A stretch of DNA of 63,793 nt, filler included, from Octopus bimaculoides (taxonomy: Eukaryota): NCBI RefSeq assembly GCF_001194135.2. It is 6 parts of 5 records of this genome, joined end to end, with 100 filler letters (N's around TTAATTAATTAA, not from the genome) between each part and the next. Parts side by side here need not be neighbours in the genome. Positions count along the whole stretch, not along the records: positions 35,771 to 57,458 come from NC_068990.1; positions 57,559 to 62,622 come from NC_068991.1; positions 62,723 to 63,793 come from NC_068990.1; 3 more parts are not named here. One strand, written 5' to 3'. The notes beneath the pieces are model-generated. The model was not told the origin of the DNA. It ran no database searches and saw only the letters and a list, made by a program, of their open reading frames with translations. Below are positions 51,640 to 63,793 of the stretch, one piece after another. How positions within the stretch are numbered: position 1 is the stretch's first letter; each line of letters starts with the position of its first letter. The position numbers and the translations under genes were made by a program.

Positions 51640-52260
51640 AATGCTATCTTCAATTTTTTATGAATGACTGAGTGTTTAGGGTTGTTCCAGTTCTAGAAAT
51701 ACATCTGAGATCTAAAATAGTTTCAATTAAATAAATTACAGTAATCAAATTGAATAACAACTGTGAAAGTGTAGACTTATTACATTTTTGCCGGATGTTA
51801 ATAAATAAATATAGACAGTATTTTGCTGCAAAGAATCTTTGTGAAGCTTCGTGTGAAACGTTACAAGTTCTAAACAAAGTCATGACTAAGGTTATAGCTC
51901 ACCCGTTAATTACAGGTTTTAATTTTGTCAGCTTTGTCGCAAAAAAGCGAAGAATTTGGGTCTTTTATAATGCATATTGAAGGGTGATGGATGAAAAAGT
52001 ATGTGAGAATCTTGAAAGCAGAGAAACAGATATCGCTTGCGTGTCTGATATTTTTAACAATTTAATTAAAGTCAATCTTAAATTGCAACGATACAAAATA
52101 CTCTTGGGACTTTCATCATTTTTCCAATCTAAAATCCTTTGTGCAAACAAACGCATAAACGTTTATGTTTAGCAGAAATTAATGATCTAATACTAAAGAT
52201 GTTCATAGGAACCAGGATTAGAGATCTTGAAGAGCTAAGAATACCCAAGAGGGTATTAAA
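51640..52260 (+). mobile_element. Second degenerate copy of the hAT transposase region
   Basis: Alignable to 48550-49020 (AHPL, DIACVSDIFNNLIKVNLKLQ, GAGCTAAGAATACCCAAGAGGG). Confidence 0.7.
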
Positions 52261-54494
52261 TCTATTATGCTTTAATTGAGCTTAATTATTATTTTTCTCA
52301 TAAATCTGATTCGTTCGTATTACTATTGCTAATATGTTATAGACACCATAATGCTCGCCATTTTCATTAAACGATGTCAGGACCGAGACATTTTACTCTA
52401 TGCAGTTTCTACTTTAACCCTATATTGTTAAAGAAAACTGTAATACAGGTAACAAGTTTAAACTAATATAGTCACATTTTCTTCGTTAGATCACAAGCAA
52501 ATTCATATTATAATAGGTTTGCGTACCAGGGGAGAATATTAAATTTGTACATCTTAATTACTTAAGTAACAATGCTAAGTAGCATACTAATGGAGTTTTG
52601 TAGTTTTAAGTTTGTTTTAAAAAGAAAACGGGGTCAACAAAGGAAGGATCCTCCATTTAATTTCGCCCTTCTGCAAATTCGAATAGGTGGGCGCTTTCAT
52701 AGACCTACGCATTTCTCATTTCGAAAAGTTCTGCAGGTAAATCTTGTTAAGTCTACATACAAAAGGGCATTGATTAATAAAGACAAATTTTTAATTTCTA
52801 GTGTATCGTGGGGTACTAGCGGTTCCTAGATGTTCGTCAATAAAGGTCGTTTCACTTAGAATTACTGTTGAAGTTTGTCAAATAGTCTTGGATTATTGAG
52901 GAGTGAGAGGCTTATTTGGGTTTCCTTAATGGTGGAATTCATAGTGAAGGAGTGTATGCTAACATAATTTATCGTGTTTAAAATATCTTCCAGAGTTAAC
53001 ATTCTAAATGTCTAAAACACGTCTTCTAGCAGGTAAATACCAAGCTTTAAATCTATTAAAATAATTAGTGTAACCCTTGTATTCATTTCCTTGCACACCC
53101 ACTCCACATGATAGCTTAATTTATATGCATTGGTCCTTCAATCATATCGATCCATAAAAATAATTATTATGGTTCAGACAAAAGCGAAGTGACCAGATAT
53201 TTTTTAGTAGTACCACCTCTTCCCTAGAGACACATATTCACTCATACACAAAACTAAAAAGTCTTCAGTATACGTTCAGAAAAAAACGTGTCCAAATTAA
53301 CTATAGACTTGCGACATTTCCAGATTGAAAAGTTCCATAGAACAATTATTACTCGAACTTAGTATGCCTGTCGAAAAATAGTTTCAAAGTGTTTTAAAGA
53401 TCAGCTCTTGAATTAATATAAATAATTATAAATGCAAACTCTATTTTGCATACTGTTGGATCAGTTAGATGCATTTACATACTCTCTTATTCTTATATCT
53501 ACAAACCATTTGGTATTGCGAACATTAGACTTACTTTCTTTGCCAGTAAGACAGGCTAAGAGACCAGGCTGAAAATTAATTAACATGATCTGCGTTTTTC
53601 CCAAACGTGTAGAGATTTTTTTTTTTTTATCGCTGCCACTTTCACTTGCCGGATTTTTGTTTTTAAAATTCTGATCAGACTTTGTTTTCCGCAATCCTAA
53701 TGATATGCTAAACTCTGAAACTGCTACCTTGTAACAGGTTGCCATACGATAGCACACGCTACATTTGGCATTTTTATTCAGATAAACTATTCGTTCTTAA
53801 ATACCTTTATCATTGGATTTTTTTCTATTGTAGATGGCAATGAGCAGGAGAAACAGAAATATTAGATGAGTTTATGTTTTGTATTTGTAAGTGCAAAACG
53901 TAAAGCGAAGAGAAAGAAAGAATGTGGAGGACCAACTTTTGATATCAAAATACGTCCGTTGGCTAAATATTGTGGCGTTAATGGAAACACAAAGCATACA
54001 TTGAATGCGATTGGTGAATAGCTAATGTAGACGATTGTGATGGTAAATATTGGACAACCTATTGGTTGTCAATCTAGGCTACTGAATGACAATGAAAAGA
54101 AACTGTGGTAATGTCAAAATTTATTTTTCATACATATTCATAAATCTACACACAAGTAACATGCAAGAGATTGGTTATACCATTCAGAAAGCAAAGAAAG
54201 TCTATTTTATTTCTCACTGATGGTTATAGCTTCAACACGTTCACCAATGTTTAGTGCAGAGAGTTTTAATAGCAAAAAAAACTAAGCAATCTGTTATGTT
54301 AACATGAAGAAAGCTCTTGCTGTAGTGAAAATGGTACACTCCTTCCAACTTGACAAAGTGGTATGAAAGAGCCACTATAAAATCAAACAGTCAGTCGTTG
54401 TAGGGGTCAGTAGTAGTAGAGTCGTTATTTCGTTTGCAGTCTGATGAACTACTTGTAACGAATTAATGTTGTAAAAAAAATTTTGTTAAAAAAG

Positions 54495-54645
54495 TTTAAA
54501 TAAGGTCGCTCGGATGTGGAATCGAGTGGCCTTCATTCCATTTTTCATTATTCATACCCATGTTTTCTATTCGTTTTTCTTTTTGCTCCCACTTATGTGT
54601 TTGTCTGTCCTTGTATCGTCCTTCTTTGTAGGCCCCATGTGGAAA
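54495..54645 (+). mobile_element. 3' end of a Tx1-like LINE
   Basis: KVARM peptide echoes RVARM near the end of the 49.4 kb ORF2; tail TGTCTGTCCTTG...GGCCCCATGTGG..AAAGAA. Confidence 0.5.
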
Positions 54646-55130
54646 GAAGTGTTGAGATTTTCCTTTGGGGCGGTGCTGATTCCCAGCATCACCCATGGAA
54701 GTTGATCGATCCAATTGGGCCCGTTAAGTCTGGTTGCTAGTGAAATCTCTCCACTAACCGTTGGCCTGTGGATGATAAGCTGTTGTGCGCTTCATTGTGA
54801 TTCCATAAAGGTCGCACATGTCATTCCACATCAGATGAAATGCTATCTGGGGCACCGAAACGGGCAACCCAGTTTATGATGAATGCTCGGTTGACTTCTT
54901 GTGTTTCCGTGCTGAAGGACAACCTCAGGTCAGTAGGTACAAGCAGCCCTGTGAAGGTGGTAAGGGCCGACAAGGTTAATGTTGACGTAGCTAAAACGGG
55001 CCTGCGATGGTTCATAGTTGCCGAGGTGTACTTTGGTGTGCCGATGGACCTTGGCTTGTTGACAGGGGATGCAGGTCTTGGTCCATTCCCCAATTGGCTT
55101 GGCACGGGACCCTGTGTGAACACACAACAG
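54645..55130 (-). mobile_element. Gypsy LTR-retrotransposon integrase fragment
   Basis: WTKTCIPCQQAKVHRHTK, RFSYVNINLVGP, RAFIINWVARFGAPDSISSD, YHPQANG..ERFH, VMLGISTAPKENL; frameshifted. Confidence 0.88.
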
Positions 55131-56999
55131 TGTAAGTTTAACACTATTAACAATTAAAGCTGAAACCTGAATGAAATAATTGCCGCGCGTTGAGCACATC
55201 CAATCATACGTGGTGGGTGGGGGTGGGCGTGCTCGCGTGCGTATGTAAATAGATAGATAGAAAACAGTATTAAAATAGTCTGATACAGAAGTAGCCGATT
55301 GTATTTCCATTTTGCACATATAAAGTGCATTAAGAATACTCACGTTTTGTAATGAGTTGATATTTTCCAACTTGCCCTCAAAAAATCGTGGCATACTGAG
55401 AACATAAGTGTATTGCAACATAGTGTTGTTAAGACATCACCTTCTCGACAACTGAAGTGCTTTACTTTGAATCTTGTACTCCCAACACAGTTACGGAATA
55501 AGAAGGGACAAAGAGCTCGGCTTGTTGGTGATGTTGCCGTGGTAATGATGTAGTAAAGGTAGAAGTGAAACATCGAAATGACAAAAATAATCGGAAAAGT
55601 TAAAGGATTCTGTTTACTGTCCCTTATCACTTCACTCCACCACCACACACCCCGACACACACACTCTGTATGAAATGACATGGCTATAACTGATTGCTGA
55701 CAAGATGTGTAGTTAAGAATTGGTTTGGAACCTCGTAATTCCAGTGTTGATCCTACTATACTACACCTAAGCTAAGTGTTATCTACCACCACTTTTACTA
55801 ACCAATGCCTTGTGAATGGAATTCAGAAGAGAAAAGCAGTACGGAAGCCCTTCGTTCGTGTGTGCGTGTGTGTCTGTACGTGAGACAATTTGTGAGTATT
55901 TGTATAAATAGAGAACAATTCGATCATCTTTCATTAAATGTTTTTCATATTTCTTTATTAGTTCTTTTATGGATGTTTTCAACGCATATATGAAGAGAGA
56001 ATGTTTTAAATGTAATTACGTACACGGTAATAGCATGACTGAAATCAGAAAAGGAGTAAGAAAAAGGTTCAGTACCTTAGGTAGAATAAATATTTAATAT
56101 TTAGAGTTATAGTCCCCGCAGATACTATTGTGTTACTCTGAGTTCCATGTCCTTATCTTTAAACATTCTCCGGATGGAACTGGTTGGTGGAACGATGAAA
56201 CGATGTGATAATGTGTGTGTGTAATGCACATGCATCGATATGCACGCAGACTACAGGGATAAGTACGAATACTCATATTAAGTTAAATAATTTACCGGGA
56301 GTTTCGTGCAGTGAGTTGGTTGCTAACTCAGTTTCATCAGCGGAAGAAAAGAATGAACATATACTGTTGTTTGTTTCTTCTCGAACCATGCTTAGCTCAT
56401 AAGGGCCGGTTCCCCGGTTTCATTGGCGTATAGTTCCCCACCTGGACGGGACAGCGGTCCGTCCCAGGTAAGCTGCTAGATGCAGGAGGAGAGAGTGAGA
56501 GAAAGTTGTGGCGAAAGAGTCAGCAGAAGTTTGCCGTTACCTTCTGCCGGAGCCGCACGGAGCTTAAATGTTTCGTTCATAAAGTAACCCTTTACCCCTT
56601 ATTGTAGTGTGGTGGTGTATGGGTGTATACATACATACGAATATTTATTTATATCCGCATATAAACGTCTTGATACTTTATTTAGTCTTTGTATTATTTA
56701 TATACACTCCATTTATATAAGTATATATAGGTATGTGAGTATGTATGTGTGTGTGTGTGTGTGTGTGCGCGTGTATGTGTGCACGTATACAAATATATGA
56801 ATGTACATGTATGTCTAATACTCATGCCTAATTCATTTGACAGGTTAATGGTTGTCCAACCGTAGCTAAGCCAAGACAGTTTAAAACAATAGATGACCAA
56901 TTAGATGAGGGGACTGAACAGCAAAAATTACCCCTCCCCACTACCAGCAGGATTCTAACTTCTCCATAAGCAGAAAAATAACCGAGTAACTCATCGCAG

Positions 57000-57458
57000 G
57001 TTTACGGAAGTCTGGACATTATTGTAACGATCCTCACGAAATATTTTTTTATATAAATTCCTCCATTGCAAACAGGACTGACACGTACGTACCCCCACCG
57101 TTTCGTTTTCCTGTCTTGTTTTCCGTCTGCCACTATCCTCTATGGAACAAATTTAATTTGTGACCGTGAGAAGAGCCATTTTAACGATGCGTCCTGCCCT
57201 AACTCTTCGAAACGCCAGTGTTATAATGGTGGCAGCTGATGAAGGATACGTTCTCTATGTGGCCTGTATGTTTCTTGTACCTTGTTTATCATTTTGTCCA
57301 TGTTTTTTTTGCAACGTCATGTACCCAGATATGCATCTATATATACATGTAGATGAAGGTATGTACATACATGTACATATATATGCATATACTCATATAT
57401 TATTTTTATCACACGATCGAACGCACGCGTTACCTTTGCAAGTAAGTTTTGAACTTTA
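57000..57458 (+). repeat. Unclassified interspersed repeat, shared with 38770-38900
   Basis: GTACCCAGATATGCA..TATACA..TAGATG..GGTATG.ACATAC..TATATGCATATACTCAT occurs at both loci. Confidence 0.7.
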
Positions 57459-59908
57459 NNNNNNNNNNNNNNNNNNNNNNNNNNNNNNNNNNNNNNNNNN
57501 NNTTAATTAATTAANNNNNNNNNNNNNNNNNNNNNNNNNNNNNNNNNNNNNNNNNNNNACAACCGAATCAGGAAGTAAGAGTGAGAGAAAGTTGTGGTGA
57601 AAGAGTACAGCAGGGTTCGCCACCATCCCCTGCCGAAGCCTCGTGGAGCTTTAGGTGCTTTCACTCAACAAACACTCACAATGCCCGGTCTGGGAATCGA
57701 AACCGCGAGTCCCCTGCCCTAACCACTGGGCCATTGCGCTTCCACACTCGTGAATATTAAAAAAAAAAAAACACAAAGCTTAATTCAGTTCAATTAAAAA
57801 GCATGGGTAAACAACACATTGTAAACCACACTGTAATTTGCAAAAAAAATTATCTGCATGCAGGGTATGCATTGCCATTCCAAAGCCTTCTTATTTATTT
57901 ATTTTTGTGTGTATGCACTGTGCTACACATACTGCTTTTTCTCACCGTACAAAGTCTTTCTTGCTGTGCAAGGTATGATACTTTTGTTTGATTTGTAATG
58001 TGTGAAAGACCTTGCATTATTATAGCATTGAGCTTGTGGATTAATGACAGCAATGGTGTGGTTGTGCACTGGGGTAATAGCATTGGTTAGTGCTGTATGA
58101 GAACTAGAAGTCTTTTTTTAATTTCTTTTGCTAGATTCATCATGGATAAAAACAAAATTGGGGGGGGGAGGGTTGTTGTCTGGAGTTAGTATGTTTACAC
58201 TGTTGAATTATAGTTACAGTTATATGGTTTGTAGCTGTTGCTTTTACATTAGATATCTGGCTGACTTCTGGACTTTGGTGAAAGTCTGGACCAACACTAT
58301 CACTATAAGGTATGTTTCTACTGAGGATTTGATGGTGGTTTGAAATCATGCTTTTAATAATGCATTGAGTCCCCGAAAGATGAGTGAAGGAATAGCCACA
58401 CATCAGCCCTTTGAATACTGCCAAACCATTCAGCCAACATAGAAAATGGGTGTTAAATGATGATGAAATCAAAAACTGGGCTTTGATATATTTTAAATTA
58501 CGGAATTAAAAATAATTCCATGAACTCTTATCTCTGATTTAGTGTAATGATAATCTATAATATATTTGACCCAGGATTTCAACTTGTATGAATAGTTTCC
58601 TTGTTAAAGATAAAACAATCTATGTATATAGAACTGACAGCTGGTATTTGCTGAACTGCTTCCTAAACACAGCTTAGATATTAATCCTTTTTAATTTACT
58701 ACATAGGTACATACATACATGTATATAATTCCTGTGATTACATGTTTTTTTTTTTATTGCAGCATGGATAGAAATGGTTCATTTCTTAAATATAACTTTT
58801 GTATACCAGGATTTTTTTTCCTTTTGTCAATAATGTCCTCACAATGAAGTAGGTGGAAAAACCTGTCTTTTAATTAGTGGTTAGCCGGAGTAGAGTTAAA
58901 TGCTATGTTTAAGGACACAGGTCTGCTCCCTTAATGTCACAGGTATTGTGCTTCTTACAGCAGAATTCTTTTCCAAAGTAAGTAAATACCACAAATAGGG
59001 AAAGATGAAAAGTTGGCCAAACTTCCTGCAATCACTCATCATAATTATTTGTAAACAATAAGCATTTTTTCTAGACTTAAAATCTAAATATTAGGAGTGT
59101 GAAGTACACAAAAAAATTGCAATTTTTTACCAAGAGTCTTTAGGATTAGAGGTTCATTGATTATGAGTACTTTTCCTATTATTGAGTACAGTAATTATAT
59201 CAGTACTTACTTAATATGGACAGAGAATTTTTATCTATTTATTAGAAAATTAGTGAATGAATTAATACATTAATGAAGCAGGTGTAATTGTTGATCAGTG
59301 GACTGTAAGGATGGTTATCACAACCTTAGGGAGAAATATACCAGTAAAAATTTATTGGAAAGGGACATGGAATCAGATGGCAAAAATGTAACAAAAACTA
59401 AATGTTTTACACAAGAAATTTTTTTGCAAAAGGAAACAATCTCCAAATTCCTCGCCATTTTTGTTCTCCTTTTGCTATTTCAAATGTTCACTGATCAACT
59501 GTTACACCTGTATCACAAATGTGATAGTTTATTTATAAATCTTTTAAGTAAATCAAAATAAAAAATACTAGCTGTCAATCATTGGAAAATGTATCTATTA
59601 ACCCTATGCTGGTGGCATGTAAAAAGCACCCACTACACTTTTGGAATGGTTGGTGTTAGGAAAGGTATCCAGTCATAGAAACCATGCCAAATCAGGTTGA
59701 AACCTGGTGCAGCTCCCCAACTTACCAGTTTTCAGTCGAACTATCCGAGTCATGCCAGTACGGAATGATGATGATGACTGTCCAAGCTAAGTGATGTGAA
59801 TTAATATCACTTACCATAATGTTCAGTTTTCTATTTCAGTGGTAATGTATTACACATTTGGCACAATTACCATCAACCTTTGGTACAGAAGGCCAGAATG
59901 CAATAACT

Positions 59909-60086
59909 TACTCTTTTACTTGTTTCAGTCATTTGACTGTGGCCATGCTGGAGCACCACCTTTAGTCGAGCAAGTCGACCCCAGGACTTATTCTTTGGAT
60001 GCCTAGTACTTATTCTACCAACCTCTTTTGCCGAACCGCTAAGTTACGGGGATGTTGAAGGGACAAACACAGACACACAAACATAT

Positions 60087-60133
<47 letters not shown>

Positions 60134-60292
60134 TACGACAGGCTTCTTTCAGTTTCCGTCTACCAAATCCACTCACAAGGCTTTGGTCGGCCCAAGGCTA
60201 TAGTAGAAGACACTTGCCCAAGGTGCCACGCAGTGGGACTGAACCCAGAACCATGTGGTTGGTAAGCAAGCTACTAACCACACAGCCACTCC
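59909..60292 (-). mobile_element. Composite SINE, near full-length
   Basis: Head GGAGTGGCTGTGTGGTTAGTAGCTTGCTTACC, internal (TA)n(TG)n, tail ...ATGACTGAAACAAGTAAAAGAG. Confidence 0.85.
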
Positions 60293-60910
60293 AACCGATA
60301 AGGTTAAATTATAAATACTATCATTGAAATCTGAACATAAACTGAACCAAATAAATACTTCTGTTCCTGATATATTGTAATTATTATAATGAATGATCAC
60401 TTTATGTGGTTCTATTGAAAGAAATATTCAATAATGAAAGTACGTCAACTGAAGTACAATAAAAATGCTTGCATTCTGCATTATATCTTTTATATCCTTT
60501 CATACTAGTTTACTTTTCACTAGATGAATTTACAGCTGGTACATATTTACAGCTTACACCAGTAAAGTTCAAAAGTCACTTTTGATTTGCTTTTTATTTT
60601 GAGAAGCAAATGTTTCCAATGTATTTTTAGACAGCAACTATAATAAATCTGACTAAACACTTCTTTTCACTGTATCTAATAGTAATAATAAGAGACAGTA
60701 TCATACTTGAAAGATATTTTCCAGGCCTTCGCAGCTCATAATTAGTGATGCACATTATATACAAGTGCATATTATATACAAATGAATACAGTAATTCAAC
60801 CATTATAAAATTCCTTTTCAGTTATATTTGAAAAGAGTAAGGAAAATTGGAATTGATAAATTCAAAGACAATTGAAAAAATACAACACGCCCCCAAAAAG
60901 AACACAAAGA

Positions 60911-60916
60911 TTTATT
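60911..60916 (-). promoter_or_regulatory. Candidate polyadenylation signal AATAAA for the TGFBRAP1-like gene
   Basis: TTTATT on the + strand about 225 nt downstream of the stop; another at 60593-60598. The hexamer is common in AT-rich DNA. Confidence 0.3.
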
Positions 60917-61140
60917 CCTCATATATTTTTTAAATTATTTAAATTAACAAGGCTTTTTTATCTTTGGAAAGCTTCCATCTCCCTCTTTCTCTCTCTCTCC
61001 CTTTGTTTATGAATCTCTCCTGTTATGGTATCCCGGTATCCTGTTATGCAGACCATGTAGAAGAAATTTACCAGCCATTGATTGTGTGGTTTCATAGAAG
61101 TATTTTAGAGATTTGATCACATTAATAATGATACAGTCGG

Positions 61141-61282
61141 TCAAGATTTCTTCAAACTGAACAGTTTGCCAGTGACTGGGCAAATATTGGGGTTTTTAGC
61201 ACAATGGATGTGTGAGATGATTCCATTTGGATAACGCAAGAATGTCGAATCTGAGAAGGAACGTTTGCAAACTGCACACAGC
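61141..61282 (-). CDS. TGFBRAP1: Terminal coding exon of TGF-beta receptor-associated protein 1 (Vps3/Vps39 family), C-terminal zinc-finger-like domain
   Basis: Acceptor ttttcttattctttttcaatacttatag| at 61283, then G+CTG TGT... reading LCAVCKRSFSDSTFLRYPNGIISHIHCAKNPNICPVTGKLFSLKKS* (TGA 61143-61141). The C-x2-C...RYPNG...HxHC pattern matches the recalled TGFBRAP1 C-terminus (LCQICQNPF..FVRYPNGGLVHTHCA); VPS39 is the alternative. This frame is absent from the ORF track; no upstream exon was recognised within the window. Confidence 0.82.
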
Positions 61283-61921
61283 CTATAAGTATTGAAAAAG
61301 AATAAGAAAATTTTTTTAATGGTTTTTCACATATTGGCACACAAATTTGTAAGGGAGTTTCTTTTATTTTGATTCCATCAATTGATTAAATAAAACCTCC
61401 AAGATATTTTGGTACTTATTCATTAAGCCAGGGACGTAAACCAGTCACAAAAAATCTCTGGTTGTTTGAACTACTAAAAATTGCAACCAAATCTCCCTCA
61501 GTTCAAAATATATCATGTATATGCATGTATGTGTGTTTACGTGTTTGCATCTCCTTGTCTTGTCATTGAATGAATGTTGAAAATGAAGACTATTCTTTTC
61601 CAATATTTTGTGTAAATATGTCTAGCTATGAGGAAATATTACTTTGCCTAGGAAACATGTAAAAGTTGGCAACAGGAAGAGCATCCAGCTGTACAAAATT
61701 TGCTTCTACAAACTTTATCTGACCCATGCAAGCATGGAAAAGTGTATGTCAAAAATGAAGATGATATATCCAGAACTATATTATCCAATGTGTCCTTCCT
61801 TTTTTTTTAAGGTGGTTGTGGAGCAACTGATTTTGAGAGTGATTTGCCTGCTATTTCAAGAAGATGGGTGGAGTAACCATGTAAAAGTTCTCACATTGGC
61901 TCATATATGAGGTAGACAGCA

Positions 61922-62602
61922 ATGGGGAGAGACAGACCTGCAGAGAAAGAGAGGGAGAGACAAACCTGCAGAGAAAGAGAGGGAGAGACAGAACTGCAGA
62001 GAAAGAGAGGGAGAGAGAGGGGTCGAGAGAGAGACAGAGAGGGGTCGAGAGAGAGACAGAGAGGCCGAGAGAGAGACAGAGAGGGCGAGAGAGGGACAGA
62101 GAGGTCGAGAGAGAGGCAGAGAGGTTGAGAGAGAGATAGAGAGGTCGAGGGAGAGGCAGAGAGGTCGANNNNNNNNNNNNNNNNNNNNNNNNNNNNNNNN
62201 NNNNNNNNNNNNNNNNNNNNNNNNNNNNNNNNNNNNNNNNNNCGAGGGAGAGGCAGAGAGGTCAAGGGATAGGCAGAGAGGTCGAGGGACAGGCAGAGAG
62301 GTCGAGGGAGAGACAGAAAGGTCGAGAGAGAGACAGACAGGTCGAGAGAGAGACAGACAGGTTGAGAGAGAGGCAGAGAGGTCGAGAGAGAGACAGAGAG
62401 GTCGAGGGAGAGACAGAGAGGTCGAGAGAGAGACAGAGAGGTTGAAAGAGAGGCAGAGAGGTCGAGAGAGAGGCAGAGAGGTTGAGAGAGAGATAGAGAG
62501 GTCGAGGGAGAGGCAGAGAGGTCGAAGGAGAGACAGAGAGGTCGAGAGAGAGACAGACAGGTCGAGAGAGAGACAGACAGGTTGAGAGAGAGGCAGAGAG
62601 GT
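61922..62602. repeat. GA-rich minisatellite, about 20-bp unit GAGAGAGAGRCAGAGAGGTC
   Basis: Regular GGTCGAG anchors every 18-20 bp; lies in the last intron of the TGFBRAP1-like gene. Confidence 0.9.
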
Positions 62603-63334
62603 CGAGAGAGAGACAGAGAGGTNNNNNNNNNNNNNNNNNNNNNNNNNNNNNNNNNNNNNNNNNNNNTTAATTAATTAANNNNNNNNNNNNNNNNNNNNNN
62701 NNNNNNNNNNNNNNNNNNNNNNCCAGCACCACAAGCCCCAGCAGCAGCAGTAGCAGCAGCACTAGCAGCAGCAGCAGCAGCAGCACCACCACCACCACCA
62801 CCACCACCACCACCCAAAAGCATCAATAAATAGAAGTAGTTAGTGGTGACATTTATTCTGTTTTAACTAAAAGGTTAACTACCCTCACCTCACCCACTAC
62901 CCCACCCCCTCCACCTTTCACTGTTAAATCCTTAGCTATTTAATCCCGTGTAAAATCAAGTTTCCCCCCCTTCCTGGTACCATTTTATCTTCCATTCCTG
63001 AAATTTCGATGTTAAATTTCTGTTTTATTTCCTTCCTATTCTCTCAATTAATTCAAAAATAATTCAAAATTCCCAAAACAAAGAAATTTCTTGCCATATT
63101 AAACATTAACATAGAAGAAGCTTGATTTTCCCAAGAGCTAATTAGCTAATTAGTGACTGAATTACCTAATGATTTACATGAATATTCATTAAATATTAAG
63201 ACATTAGGTTAAAACACATGGGAAAAGATAGGATTTCATCTGAGAGCTTTGTCTTGGAATAAATGGATCCACCATTTACCATTTAATTTGTGAAAAATAC
63301 AAGATTAAAATAAATAGTAGATAATAGCCATTAG

Positions 63335-63725
63335 CGTATCATAACCAAATTCGATGACTGGCACCTGTGCCAGTAGAGCGCTAACAGCACCATCTGAGCG
63401 GGATCACTACCAGAGCAGCGGCCATGCTTCCGTGACGGTGGCACATAAAAATCACCATTTGAGTGCGACTGTTTCCAGCTTCGCCTTACTGGCACTCGTG
63501 CCGGTGGCATGTGAACAAAACATTGAACTGACTCCTGTGCAGGTAGCACGTAAAAAAACACCATTTGAATTGGCTGTTGCCAGTACCGCCAGACTGGCCC
63601 TAGTGTCGGTGGCACATAAAAAGCACCCACTACACTCTCTGAGTGGTTGGTGTTAGGAAGGGCATCCAGCTGTAGAAACTCTGCCAGATCAGATTGGAGT
63701 CTGGTGTAGCCATCTGGTTTGCCAG
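63335..63725 (+). mobile_element. SINE 3' region with internal repeats of GGTGGCACGTAAAAAGCACC
   Basis: Four degenerate motif copies at about 63430-63630; tail TTAGGAAGGGCATCCAGC shared with about 59605-59780 and 61640-61765. Confidence 0.65.
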
Positions 63726-63793
63726 TCCCAACAAAAGTACTTAGGACAATGCAGCCTCCCAACAAAAGTATTTAAGTTCTGTCGTCACCACCA

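Noticed and set aside
54005-54066. CCAAT-box promoter (three ATTGG)
   Set aside because: No associated gene start; the motif is frequent by chance.
56170-56215. C-type lectin WND motif (DGTGWWNDET)
   Set aside because: Immediate stops, no cysteine spacing, no splice context.
58253-58309. Selenoprotein exon (ISG-UGA-LLDFGESLDQHYHYK)
   Set aside because: No known selenoprotein motif, no SECIS identified, and another frame is open.
58455-58541. C/D snoRNA (ATGATGA...CTGA with a short terminal stem)
   Set aside because: The C box is the (GAT)n end of a SINE tail (GGGTGTTAAATGATGATG); no convincing guide.
13757-62678. Recurrent TTAATTAATTAA motif
   Set aside because: Always centred in N runs; an assembly linker, not biology.

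Overview
AT-rich, repeat-dominated eukaryotic DNA with many N gaps. The SINE families, the microsatellite load and the TTAATTAATTAA gap linkers suggest an octopus (cephalopod) draft assembly; this is inferred from recalled repeat families, not from a search. The only confident protein-coding sequence is the terminal exon of a TGFBRAP1/VPS39-family gene (61141-61282, minus strand). At 26.3-30.8 kb there is a tandemly amplified tRNA-Trp(CCA) cluster: one canonical copy, two variants, one truncated copy and two relics with Gly-type anticodons, interleaved with RTE LINE fragments. The rest is decayed mobile DNA: tRNA-derived SINEs, Penelope-like (PLE), Tx1/L1, RTE, RLE-type and Gypsy retroelements, and hAT and Tc1/mariner transposons, including a hAT>mariner>LINE nest. 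The most interesting signal is a set of PLE-type minimal hammerhead ribozymes (HHR) in at least two repeat families. Family A places a tRNA-like Pol III head and an (AAT)n spacer upstream of the hammerhead. Family B forms a 168-bp palindrome with one hammerhead per arm. Boundaries of degenerate elements are approximate (tens of bp). Motif, tRNA, TSD and exon coordinates were counted base by base. No ribozyme activity or database identity has been tested.
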